From assembly GCA_963809075.1 (NCBI GenBank), contig CAWEIM010000015.1, positions 20,465 through 84,464 on the forward strand: a DNA stretch of 64,000 nucleotides. Direction: 5' to 3'. The stretch is from an uncultured Actinomycetes bacterium (lineage in GTDB: Bacteria; Actinomycetota; Thermoleophilia; Gaiellales; Gaiellaceae). The notes below the pieces were generated by a model that was not told the DNA's origin, did not search any database, and saw only the letters and a list, made by a program, of their open reading frames with translations. Positions 1 through 9,335 of this stretch are shown here, in pieces (positions within the stretch are counted from its first letter, which is position 1; each line of letters begins with the position of its first letter). The translations under genes and the position numbers were made by a program.

Positions 1-826
1 CGTCGTCGTTCGTGACGACGTTGTCGCCGGCCTCGAGCATCTTCACCTGGTCCCGCGTGATCGGGCTCGGCCCCGGTAGCGCCTCGATCACCCGCGCCTG
101 CGCCCGCATGAGGCCGAAGGGCAGGTGCAGCTTCGCCCGCCGCTTGCCGAGGATGGACGCGATTCGCGAGTAGAGGCCGTCCCATGTGACGACGTCCGGG
201 CCGCCGATCTCGAACGTCCGGCCGCCCGCGCCGACGAGGTCGATCGACTTCGCGAAGTAGGCAGCGACGTCGTCGACCCAGATCGGCTGGATCCGCTGCG
301 TGCCTGGCCCGACGACCGGTGTGACCGGCGCGTACCGGACGAGACGGAAGAACGTGGGCAGCACGCCGCCGTCCCGGCCGAAGACGAAGCTGGGACGAAA
401 GATCGTGTGCTCGAACGGCGCGGCCTGCACCATCTGCTCCATCGCCCATTTGGCGCGGAAGTACGGCGTCAGCTCGTGCGTCGCCTCGCTCGTCCCGAGT
501 GCGCTCATGAGCACGAACCGCCGGATGCCGGCCTGCTCGGAGGCGGCCACGAGCGACTCCGTCCCGCGCGTCATCACGCGCTCGAACTCCTCGGGCTTGC
601 CAGTGATGATCGCGACCAGATGGACGATCGCGTCGATGCCGTCGACGGCGCGCGCGAGGCTTTGCGGGTCGGTCACGTCGCCCTGCACGAGCTCGCAGCC
701 CCAGGCGTCGAGCTGCGCGGCCCGCTCCGGTCGGCGCACCAGGCAGCGAACGGGTCGGCCCTCGGTGCGCAGTGCGTGAACGATCCTCGATCCGACGAAG
801 CCCGTCCCCCCGGTGATCAGGATCAT
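1..826 (-). CDS. NAD(P)-binding NmrA/atypical-SDR family oxidoreductase; C-terminus lies beyond the window start
   Basis: My own translation of the reverse strand from ATG (complement of 824-826) gives MILITGGTGFVGSRIVHALRTEGRPVRCLVRRPE...FEIGGPDVVTWDGLY.... It has an N-terminal GxxGxxG Rossmann motif and stays open to position 1. It is absent from the ORF track because it runs off the edge. Confidence 0.8.
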   Translation of the reverse strand, partial: MILITGGTGFVGSRIVHALRTEGRPVRCLVRRPERAAQLDAWGCELVQGDVTDPQSLARAVDGIDAIVHLVAIITGKPEEFERVMTRGTESLVAASEQAGIRRFVLMSALGTSEATHELTPYFRAKWAMEQMVQAAPFEHTIFRPSFVFGRDGGVLPTFFRLVRYAPVTPVVGPGTQRIQPIWVDDVAAYFAKSIDLVGAGGRTFEIGGPDVVTWDGLYSRIASILGKRRAKLHLPFGLMRAQARVIEALPGPSPITRDQVKMLEAGDNVVTNDD

Positions 827-923
827 TTCTCCGATTCTATGAGGCGTTTCGCGATTGTCTGCATGTCCTCACAGTTCGCGGATCGACCCCGGCTAGCCCC
901 GGCAGGCATACTTCCCGGTCCCT

Positions 924-2108
924 ATGAGGGACGAGCTCTCTTACGAGGCTCGCCGGGCTTTGAGGGCGCGACGAGAGCGCCGCCGCAAGATCGTACGACG
1001 GCGACGTTTAGCCGCACTCGGGATCCTGATCGTGGTAGCCGCGGCGATCTCCTCGATGGTCGCTGCGCTGGCCGGCGGAACGTCGGAGCCGCGCGGCATC
1101 GCGGCTGCGGTCCAGCATCACAAGAAGGCGTCCGTCTTCCCGAAGCGGCCGAAGGAGATCCGCGGCGTCCACGTGACCATGTCCCTCGTCTCCGCCGGCA
1201 AGCTCGGCCAGTACGTGCGCATGCGCCGGCAGGGCCTGAACACGGTCGAGGTCGACGTCAAGGACGAAAGCGGCCAGGTCGCTTTCAAGACGCCGTCCGT
1301 CCCGCTCGCCCGCCGGATCGGCGCTGCCCAGTCGTACTACGACCCGTACGAAGTCGCGCGCCAGGCGCACGCGAAGCACGTGTACCTGATCGGACGCATC
1401 GTCGTGTTCCAGGATCCGATCCTGTCGGAGCGGATGCCGGGCTACGCGCTGAAAAACCCCGACGGCTCGGTCTGGCACACGTCCGCGGGCCTCGGCTGGG
1501 TGAACATGTACGACACGCGGGTCTGGAAGTACGTGACCGACCTCGGCCTGGCAGCCGCGAAGGCGGGCTTCGACGAGATCCAGTTCGACTACATGCGCTT
1601 CCCGAGCGACGGGGATGTCTGGAACATCGTCTATCCGCGCAAAGTGAGCGAGAAGAAGGGCGAGACGATCGGCCGCTTCGCCAGGTACGCAGCCAACCGG
1701 CTGCACCGCGCGGGCACCCTCGTGGGCGCCGACCTCTTCGGGCTGGCCGCGCACGGCAATCTCGGCATCGGCCAGGTCCCACACAAGATCGGCCGCTACG
1801 TCGACACGATCTACCCGATGGCGTACCCGTCCCACTACACGCCGGGCGAGTACGACATCCCGAACCCGGACGCGGCCCCGGGCCCGACCGTCTTCAACAC
1901 GCTCAAGGACTTCCACCGCTCGGTGCGCGGCCGCAAGGCCGTCCTCGTCCCCTGGCTCCAGGACTTCTCGCTCGGCCGGACGTACACGTTCGCGGACGTG
2001 AAAGCACAGGTGGACGCGTCCAGGAACATGAGCACCGCCGGCTTCCTCCTCTGGAACCCGGAGGGGAACTACACCAAGAACGCGCTCCGGCCGCTCCGCG
2101 GGTATTGA
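924..2108 (+). CDS. Membrane-anchored putative glycoside-hydrolase-like TIM-barrel protein (DUF4015/GHL type)
   Basis: 394-aa ORF with a basic N-terminus and one TM helix (LAALGILIVVAAAISSMVAAL). It then carries IRGVHVT, NTVEVDVKDESG, GRIVVFQD and GFDEIQFDYMRFPSDG, which I recognise as the DUF4015 pattern. Confidence 0.7.
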   Translation: MRDELSYEARRALRARRERRRKIVRRRRLAALGILIVVAAAISSMVAALAGGTSEPRGIAAAVQHHKKASVFPKRPKEIRGVHVTMSLVSAGKLGQYVRMRRQGLNTVEVDVKDESGQVAFKTPSVPLARRIGAAQSYYDPYEVARQAHAKHVYLIGRIVVFQDPILSERMPGYALKNPDGSVWHTSAGLGWVNMYDTRVWKYVTDLGLAAAKAGFDEIQFDYMRFPSDGDVWNIVYPRKVSEKKGETIGRFARYAANRLHRAGTLVGADLFGLAAHGNLGIGQVPHKIGRYVDTIYPMAYPSHYTPGEYDIPNPDAAPGPTVFNTLKDFHRSVRGRKAVLVPWLQDFSLGRTYTFADVKAQVDASRNMSTAGFLLWNPEGNYTKNALRPLRGY

Positions 2109-2271
2109 GGAGGGCTCGGCGAAACATGGCCGGTGCCGCCGGAACGCGCCGCGCGGCCCGTGGCGCATGTCCTCAGTCGCGGCCGTAGGTCAACCTACGC
2201 CGGCTCCCTGCGTCCGTGGCCACGAACCACGCGGCGCGCCCCGGCGACGAGCAACGTTCCGCCGAGCCCTC

Positions 2272-2898
2272 CTAGGGCGAGAGCCTCTCGACGATCCAAC
2301 CTTCGCCTTCGCGCCTGAAGCGGAAGCGGTCGTGCAGCCGGTTCTCGCGGTGCTGCCAGAACTCGATCACCTCCGGGCGGAGGCGAAAACCGCCCCAGTG
2401 GCCGGGTAGCGGGACGTCCTCGCCGTAGCGGGCGGCGGCTTCCTCGAAGCGCCGGTCGAGCGACTCGCGATCGGGGAGGACCTCGCTCTGCCGCGAGGCC
2501 CAGGCGGCGTGGCGGCTCTGCAGCGGGCGGGTGTCGAAGTAGGCCTCGGAGTCGGCGGTGGCGAGCCGCTCGACCTTTCCCTCGATTCGCACCTGCCGTC
2601 CCAGGGGGCGCCAGTAGAAGACGAGCGCGGCGCGCGGATTCTCGGCCAGCTCGCGTCCCTTGCGGCCCTCGTAGCCGGTGAAGAAGACGAATCCGTCCGG
2701 CCCGTGATCCTTCAGCAAGAGCATGCGCGCCGACGGCCGCCCGTCCGCCGTCGCCGTCGCGATCGTCATCACCTCCGGCGCGTCGACGACCTTTCCCGCC
2801 TCCTCGAACCAGGCGGCGAACTGCTCGAAGGGGTCGCCGGCGAGGTCGCCTTCGTTGAGCGGTTGGGCCTCCGTCACGTGCGATATCGTGACGCCCAT
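2272..2898 (-). CDS. pdxH: Pyridoxamine 5'-phosphate oxidase
   Basis: C-terminal hallmark WGGFRLRPEVIEFWQHRENRLHDRFRFRR...WIVERLSP, plus RMLLLKDHGPDGFVFFTGYEGRKGREL. The start is taken at the third in-frame Met (MGVTISH). A slightly downstream GTG is also possible. Confidence 0.85.
   Translation of the reverse strand: MGVTISHVTEAQPLNEGDLAGDPFEQFAAWFEEAGKVVDAPEVMTIATATADGRPSARMLLLKDHGPDGFVFFTGYEGRKGRELAENPRAALVFYWRPLGRQVRIEGKVERLATADSEAYFDTRPLQSRHAAWASRQSEVLPDRESLDRRFEEAAARYGEDVPLPGHWGGFRLRPEVIEFWQHRENRLHDRFRFRREGEGWIVERLSP
2884..2889 (+). promoter_or_regulatory. Candidate -10 box (TATCGT) 7 nt upstream of the gabT ATG; implies a leaderless or near-leaderless transcript
   Basis: This TANNNT hexamer is the only AT-rich spot before ATG 2897. 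The same hexamer recurs 6 nt before the start at 50262. It sits inside the pdxH coding sequence. Confidence 0.35.
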
Positions 2899-4219
2899 GG
2901 CCGTCACGCGCACGATCGACATCCGCACCGACATCCCTGGGCCCCGCTCGAAGGAGATCCTCGACCGGAAGGAGCAGGTGGTCGCCGAGCCGCTTTCGAT
3001 CTACCTTCGGGTCGTGATCGCCGAGGGACACGGCGCAACGATCACCGATGTCGACGGCAACACCTTCATCGATTTCACGGGCGGCGTCGGCTGCCTCAAC
3101 GTCGGCCACTCCCACCCACGCGTGGTCGCCGCCGCGCAGGAGCAGCTGACGAAGTTCAGCCACACCGACTTCACGATCGTCCCGTACGAGGTCTACGTCG
3201 AGCTCGCCGAGCGGCTGATCGCGCTGACGCCGATCTCCGGCGAGAAGCGCGCCGCGTTCTTCAACGCCGGGACCGAGGCAGTCGAGAACGCGATCAAGTT
3301 CGCCCGCTCGTACACGAAGCGCCAGGCCGTCATCTGCTTCGAGGGCGCGTTCCACGGCCGGACGCTCCTCTCGATGACGATGACCTCGAAGACGCACCCG
3401 TACAAGGCCGGTCTCGGCCCGTTCGCGCCAGAGGTCTACCGCGTGCCGTTCCCGCACTCGTACCGCGGGCCGGACGTCGAGACCGCGCTGGCCGCGCTCG
3501 AGCGCTCGCTCCTCACTCAGGTCGCGCCGGAGAACGTGGCGGCGATCGTGATCGAGCCGGTGCTCGGAGAGGGCGGGTTCGTGGTCGCGCCGCCGGAGTT
3601 CCTCCAGGGTGTGCGGCGGCTCTGCGACGAGCACGGGATCGTGTTCGTCGTGGACGAGGTGCAGACCGGCTTCGGCCGCACCGGGAAGATGTGGGCGATC
3701 GAGCACGCAGGCGTCGAGCCCGACCTGATGACGATGGCGAAGTCGATCGCCGCGGGCCTTCCGCTCTCGGCCGTCATCGGCCGCCAGGAGATCATGGACG
3801 CTCCGCCCGACTCGGCGATCGGCGGCACCTACGTCGGCAACCCCGTCGCGCAGGCGGCCGCAGTGGCTGTTCTCGACGTCTTCGTCGACGAGGGCCTGGT
3901 CGAGCGCGGCGCCGCGCTCGGCGAGCAGATTCGCTCGCGGATGGAGTCCTGGCAGGAGCAGTATCCGGCGGTCGGCGACGTGCGAGGCCTCGGGATGATG
4001 CTCGCAATCGAGCTCGTCAAGGATCCCGTGACCAAGGAGCCGGACGCTGACGCCGCGACGGCCATCGTCGAAGCGGCCGCGGAGCGCGGCCTGCTTCTGC
4101 TCAAGTCGGGCATCTACTCGAACTGCATTCGCGTCCTCGCGCCGCTCGTGATCGCCGACGCAGAGCTCGACGAAGCGCTCGACGTCTGGGAAGACGCGCT
4201 CTCAACCGTGCTTTCTTAG
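2897..4219 (+). CDS. gabT: 4-aminobutyrate aminotransferase (class III PLP aminotransferase)
   Basis: MAVTRTIDIRTDIPGPRS..., GGVGCLNVGHSHP, FFNAGTEAVENAIK, DEVQTGFGRTGKMWA, MTMAKSIAAGLPLSAV and GGTYVGNPV. Intact, 440 aa. Confidence 0.9.
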   Translation: MAVTRTIDIRTDIPGPRSKEILDRKEQVVAEPLSIYLRVVIAEGHGATITDVDGNTFIDFTGGVGCLNVGHSHPRVVAAAQEQLTKFSHTDFTIVPYEVYVELAERLIALTPISGEKRAAFFNAGTEAVENAIKFARSYTKRQAVICFEGAFHGRTLLSMTMTSKTHPYKAGLGPFAPEVYRVPFPHSYRGPDVETALAALERSLLTQVAPENVAAIVIEPVLGEGGFVVAPPEFLQGVRRLCDEHGIVFVVDEVQTGFGRTGKMWAIEHAGVEPDLMTMAKSIAAGLPLSAVIGRQEIMDAPPDSAIGGTYVGNPVAQAAAVAVLDVFVDEGLVERGAALGEQIRSRMESWQEQYPAVGDVRGLGMMLAIELVKDPVTKEPDADAATAIVEAAAERGLLLLKSGIYSNCIRVLAPLVIADAELDEALDVWEDALSTVLS

Positions 4220-4234
4220 CCAGCAACAGGAAAA

Positions 4235-5675
4235 ATGTCCCTCGCCGTGATCGGCGAAGTCATTGCTGGACGATACGAGCTCGAGGAGCTGGTCGGGGTC
4301 GGCGGTATGTCGAACGTCTACCGCGCCCACGACCGGCTGCTGGAGCGCATGGTCGCGCTCAAGATCCTCCACGACCGCTACTCGGACGACGAGGAGTACG
4401 TGGAGCGCTTCCGCCGTGAGGCACGCTCCGCCGCGCGCCTCAGCCATCCCGGGATCGTCACGGTCATCGATCGCGGCGAGCAGGACGGGCACCAGTTCAT
4501 CGTCTTCGAGCACGTCCCGGGTGAGACGCTCAAGCACCTGATCGATCGCGAGGGGCCGCTCCCGCTCGATCTCGCGCTCGAGCTCGCGCTCCAGACCGGC
4601 CGGGCGCTCTCCTTCGCCCACGAGCGCGGGCTGATCCACCGCGACGTCAAGCCGCAGAACGTCCTCCTCAACGGGGACGGGCGCGCGAAGGTGACCGACT
4701 TCGGCATCGCGCGCATGGTCGACGTCGACGGTACGACAGGTTCGATCGTCGGGACGAGCCACTACATCTCGCCCGAGCAGGCGAAGGGGGAGAGGGCGGA
4801 CGCGCAGAGCGACGTGTACGGGCTCGGCGCCGTCCTGTACGAGCTGCTGAGCGGGCAGGTGCCGTTCCCCGGCGACAACTTCGTCACCGTCGCGATGCGG
4901 CACATCAACGACCCGGTGCCGAGCCTGCTCGAAAAGAGGCCCGAGCTGCCGCTCCGTCTCGTGGCCGCGGTCGAGCGCGCGCTCGAGAAGGATCCGGCGA
5001 AACGGTTCCCGACCATGTCCGACTTCATGGACGAGCTCGAGGCGTGCCGCGAGCAGCTCGCGACCGGTGGCGAGGATCAGGCAACGCAGATCATCCGAGG
5101 CCCTGTCGTCACCGAAGACCAGACGGTCATTCGGCGTCCGGAGCCTGAGCCGCGCCGCCGCTCGATGTGGCCGCTCGTGCTCGTTCTCACCGGGCTGGCG
5201 CTCGGCGCAATCGCCGCCGGGCTGTTCCTGTTCGGCGACGTCACCAGCAGCGGCAAGGACACGGGCGGCGGCCCGATCAAGCTGCGCGCCGTCGCCACGT
5301 ATGACCCGTACGGCGACGGCACCGAGCACGACGACATGATCGGAAACGCGACCGACGGCAATCCGACGACGTACTGGGAGACCGAGGAATACGGCGACCT
5401 GCACGCGCTGAAGCCGGGCGTCGGGATCGTCTTCGACGCGGGACGTTCCGTTTCGCCGAAGGAGATCATTGTGCGTGCTTCGGGAACGGGCCTGAGGGCG
5501 CGCATTCAGACCGGCTCGTCTGCCGACGACCGCCACCCATTTCGCGTCGCAGACTCTCACTATCGACGGCCGCGCGACCTTCGAGATCGTCAGGGGAGTG
5601 CCGGCGCGCTACTACATGCTCTGGATCACGCAGGTGATCGGACGCGCCCTCGTCTACGAGGTGAAGGCCCGCTGA
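4235..5675 (+). pseudogene. Ser/Thr protein kinase with one TM helix and an extracellular discoidin/CBM-like domain; one frame break near 5530
   Basis: The kinase core has GVGGMSNVYRA, HRDVKPQNVLL, DFGIA and the TM helix MWPLVLVLTGLALGAIAAGLFLF. The natural C-terminus TLTIDGRATFEIVRGVPARYYMLWITQVIGRALVYEVKAR* is in another frame and ends at TGA 5673-5675. Removing one C from the run at 5530-5531 restores the frame. Confidence 0.8.
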
Positions 5676-5684
5676 ACGCCCTGC

Positions 5685-6275
5685 TCAGCGGTGCCGCCTG
5701 AGCGCGGCCCGGCGGGTCACGGTCGACGGCGTCGCGCCCTGCCCGTGACCCATCGTCCGCCGCCGGAACGGGAAGTCGTCCGGCTCGACCCGTAGCCACG
5801 CCCGGGGCCGCACCGGCACGAGGCTGACCAGCTCCCGGCTCTCGGGCGTCGGCCGGAACGTGTCGCCGGGCAGCACGTAGATCGTCCCCTCCGTCCACGC
5901 CTCGGCGCTCCTCGGGTCGCGCCCGATCGAGAACAGGTAGCGCGACTCGTCGCGGACGTGGACGCACCAGTTGATGTAGCCGTGCTCGAGCCCCTCGCGC
6001 CGGACGACCGCGAAGTACAGCGGCCAGATCGCGTCGTCGGTGGCGAAGACAGCGTCGATCGGCTTTCCGTGCGCGTCCCCCGTCGCGCGGGTGCGGAACT
6101 CGTCGATCGCGCTCTCGTTCGAGCCGTGCAGCAGGTAGCCGCGTCCGAGCAGGTGGTGGAGGAAGACCCACTTCGGCTGCGGCAGGTCGTATGCGATCTC
6201 CCCGCCTTCGGGGGTCTCCGCGAGCACGCGGTCGAATCGCTCCGCCTCGTCGGCCGAGATCCGGGGCCGGCGCAT
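5685..6275 (-). CDS. Hypothetical protein (196 aa), last gene of the pknB-ddl string
   Basis: The ORF starts at ATG (complement of 6273-6275): MRRPRISADEAERFDRVLAE...YLLHGSNESAIDEF...AVFATDDAIWPLYFAVV...RYLFSIGRD...GTIYVLPGDTF. Composition is protein-like and third-position GC is high. I recognise no family. Confidence 0.6.
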   Translation of the reverse strand: MRRPRISADEAERFDRVLAETPEGGEIAYDLPQPKWVFLHHLLGRGYLLHGSNESAIDEFRTRATGDAHGKPIDAVFATDDAIWPLYFAVVRREGLEHGYINWCVHVRDESRYLFSIGRDPRSAEAWTEGTIYVLPGDTFRPTPESRELVSLVPVRPRAWLRVEPDDFPFRRRTMGHGQGATPSTVTRRAALRRHR

Positions 6276-6331
6276 GCGCAGAAGGCCGATCGGGTTCAGC
6301 CTGCTTCGCTCCAGCCAGCTTTCGAAACGGC

Positions 6332-7369
6332 TCAGAAGCGGAGGCGCGCCCGGCGCTCGTGCCGCTCGAGCGCAAGCTGGACGAGCCGGTCGAGCAGCTC
6401 GGCATACGGGATGCCCGAAGCCTCGAACAGCTTCGCGTACACGCTCGTGGCGGTGAAGCCCGGAATCGTGTTGAGCTCGTTCACGACCACGTCGCCGCTC
6501 TCCCGCACGAAGAAGTCGACGCGCGCCATCCCCTCGCACTCGCTCGCGACGAACGAGCGGACGGCCAGCTCCTGCACGCGCGCGATCGCCTGCGGCGAGA
6601 TCCGCGGCGGGATGACGAGGTCCATGCCGCCCTCGTCGTACTTGGCCGAGTAGTCGTACCAGTCGGCGCCCTCGAACCCGTGGGACTCGATCTCGCCCGG
6701 GATCGACGCGATCGGATCGCGGTTTCCGAGGACGCTGCACTCGACCTCGACGCCGGGCACGAACTCCTCGACCAGCACCTTCTCGTCGTGCTGGAACGCG
6801 AGCGCGACCGCGGCTTCGAGCTCCTCCGGTGAGAACGCCTTCGAGATTCCAACCGAGGAGCCGAGCCGCGCCGGTTTGACGAAGACGGGGTAGCCGAACG
6901 GGTTCTCGATCGGGTTGCCCTCGCGCAGCGTGACATTGCGCGCGACCGGGACCCCGTTGTCGCGCATGACCGACTTGAACAGGTCCTTGTCCATGCAGAG
7001 CGCGGAGGCGGCCACGCCGGCGCCGACGTACGGCACTCCTGCAAGTTCGAGCAGTCCCTGCACCGTGCCGTCCTCGCCGAACGGACCGTGCAGGATGGGG
7101 AAGACCACGTCCACATCGGCCAGGGTGGCCGGAACGGAGCCGGTCGGGACGGGCAGCGTCTCGGCGGCACGGCCTGGCGGAAGCGCGCGCTGATCGCCGC
7201 TCCCGAGCTGCCACTGTCCTTCGCGGTCGATCTCGACCGTGATCGTCTCGTACTTCTCCGGGTCGAGCGACGCCAGCACGGAGCGCGCGGAGGCGACCGA
7301 GATCTCGTGCTCGCTCGAGCGGCCGCCCATGACGACGGCGACGCGGACGCGTCCGTTCGGCGAGCTCAC
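6332..7369 (-). CDS. ddl: D-alanine--D-alanine ligase
   Basis: VAVVMGGRSSEHEISVASA, FPILHGPFGEDGTVQGLLE, CMDKDLFK, VFVKPARLGSSVGIS, ELNTIPGFT. The GTG start overlaps the pknB stop as GTGA at 7366-7369. Confidence 0.9.
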   Translation of the reverse strand: MSSPNGRVRVAVVMGGRSSEHEISVASARSVLASLDPEKYETITVEIDREGQWQLGSGDQRALPPGRAAETLPVPTGSVPATLADVDVVFPILHGPFGEDGTVQGLLELAGVPYVGAGVAASALCMDKDLFKSVMRDNGVPVARNVTLREGNPIENPFGYPVFVKPARLGSSVGISKAFSPEELEAAVALAFQHDEKVLVEEFVPGVEVECSVLGNRDPIASIPGEIESHGFEGADWYDYSAKYDEGGMDLVIPPRISPQAIARVQELAVRSFVASECEGMARVDFFVRESGDVVVNELNTIPGFTATSVYAKLFEASGIPYAELLDRLVQLALERHERRARLRF

Positions 7370-9320
7370 GGGGTCACCGTGGTCGTCGTGTCGGTCGAGG
7401 TCGTCGGCGTCGTCGTGGTCGTCTCGGTGGTCGTGGGGGTGATCAGCACTCCGACGACGATCGTCACGGTCGAGCCGATCGTCCCCTGCTTGCCCCCGCG
7501 CGGCGACTGCGTCAGGACGACGCCGTCCTGCGCCGGGTCGGTCGTGTCCCGCTGCTGCACGACCACCTGGAAGCCGGCGGAACGCAGCGTCGCCGTCGCC
7601 GTGTCCTGGTCGAGGTCGCATGACGTCGGGGACGGCAGTCGTCGTCGGCCCTTCCGAGACCTTGAGCGTGACCGTCGATCCCTTCGGCGCCGCGCTGTTC
7701 GCCGAGGGCGCCTGGTCGAGGACGGTCTCCGCCGGTTCGTTCGACTGGACGTCTGACGCGGCGCACGGCGAAGCCGAGGCCCTGGAGCGTCGAGAGCGCG
7801 TCGGAGTACGACGTGCCGACCACGTCGGGTACGCCGACCGGTTGCGGGCCGGTCGCGATGTTGATCCGGACCACGGTCTGGGTGTCGACCAGCTCGTCGG
7901 CAGGCGGGCTCTGGGCAACCACCGTCCCCTCGGTCTGGTCGCTCGGGACCGTATGCGCGTCGGCCTGTAAGCCCTTGGAGCTGAGTAACGCCTCCGCCTC
8001 CGACTCGGACATCCCGACCACATTGGGCACCGCCACCTGCGGTGGGCCTTCGGAGATGACGAGCGTGACCTTGTTTCCCTTCGGTATCTGTTCGCCCGGC
8101 CCGGGGCTCTGCTGAATGACCTTCCCCTTGGGAACGTCAGTGCTCGCGCGAGGCACGATCTTGTGGCCGAGGCCGACCTTGTCGAGCCTCTGGATCGCAA
8201 GCGGCTTCACGATCCCCTCGACGAACGGGACACGCACGAACGTCGGGCCGTGGTCCGATACCGCGGGCCGCACCAGGAACCAGACCAGCGCCGCGATCCC
8301 CGCCAGCGCGAGTAGCGCGACCAGCCACGGCCATTTCGGCCGTCTCCGCACCGGGGGCGGGAAGCGGCCGGGAGGAGGACGGTACGCGCCGGTCGTCACC
8401 ACCGGCGCCTTCCGAACGGCGGTCGAGTCGATGCCGGCTCCGGCGAGCACGGCCGTGGCGGCGTCCGCCGTCTCGTCGCTGACGCGGAAGCCCTGCTCGA
8501 TCCGCGCCAGCTCCGCGTCCATCTCCTCGGCGCTCTGGAAGCGGTCTTCCGGGTCCTTGGCCAGCGCGCGAACGACCGCGAGGTCGAGCCCGCGCGGGAC
8601 ATCGGGTCGCTTCTTCGAGGGCGGCTCCGGGACGGCCGAAAGGTGCTTCATCGCGATCTCGACCGGCGTGTCGCCGGTAAAGGGCACCGCGCCGGTGAGC
8701 AGCTCGTACAGCAGGACGCCGACGGAGTAGATGTCCGAGCGCTGGTCGACGGGTGCCCCGCGCGCCTGCTCGGGCGAGAGGTACTGCGCGGTGCCGATGA
8801 TCGACCCGGCCTCGGTCATCTGGCTCGCCTCCGAGCGCGCGATCCCGAAGTCCGTCACCTTGACGTGCCCCCCGGAGTCGACGAGCACGTTGTGCGGCTT
8901 GATGTCGCGGTGGACGAGCCCGTACTTGTGCGCGAAGGCGAGCGCGGACAGGACCTGGCGCGTGTAGCCGATCGCGATCTTGACCGGCGGCGTCCCGAAG
9001 CGGACGAGCAGCTCCTTGAGCGTGCGCCCGTCCAGGTACTCCATCGCGATGTAGTAGGTGCCCTCGGCCTCGCCGCGGTCGTAGACGGCGACGATGTTGG
9101 GATGGGAGAGCGAGGCGGCGTTCTTCGCCTCGCGCCGGAAGCGCTCGACGAACTGCTCGTCGGCGGCGTGCCGGTCGTCGAGGATCTTGATCGCGACGCT
9201 GCGGCCGAGCTCCTGGTCCTCGGCGAGGTAGACGTTGGCCATCCCGCCCGTCCCCAGCTTGCGGACGATGCGATACCGCCCGTCGAACAGGGTGTCGATC
9301 AGGGTGTCGGTTATGGCCAC
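7366..9320 (-). pseudogene. pknB: PASTA-domain Ser/Thr kinase PknB; two frame breaks in the PASTA region (about 7770 and 7620)
   Basis: Kinase core: GTGGMANVYLAED, HRDIKPHNVLV, DFGIARS. TM helix: WPWLVALLALAGIAALVWFLV. There are four PASTA-like repeats. Repeats 3 and 4 continue in two other frames (ASDVQSNEPAETVLDQ...KVSEGPTTTAVPDV, then CDLDQDTATATLRSAGFQVVVQQRD...TVTP*). Confidence 0.85.
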
Positions 9321-9335
9321 GCTGTCGCCTACAGG

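Noticed and set aside
125-2188. Very long ORFs in alternative or antisense frames throughout the window. Examples: 125-2188, 2195-3706, 2509-4050, 8137-10344, 8643-10832, 14571-16295, 24608-26662, 37166-38890, 55491-57404, 41894-43057.
   Set aside because: Their translations are Arg/Ala/Gly/Pro-rich low-complexity strings with no recognisable motifs. They overlap genes that do have clear family signatures. Stop-poor shadow frames are expected at this GC content.
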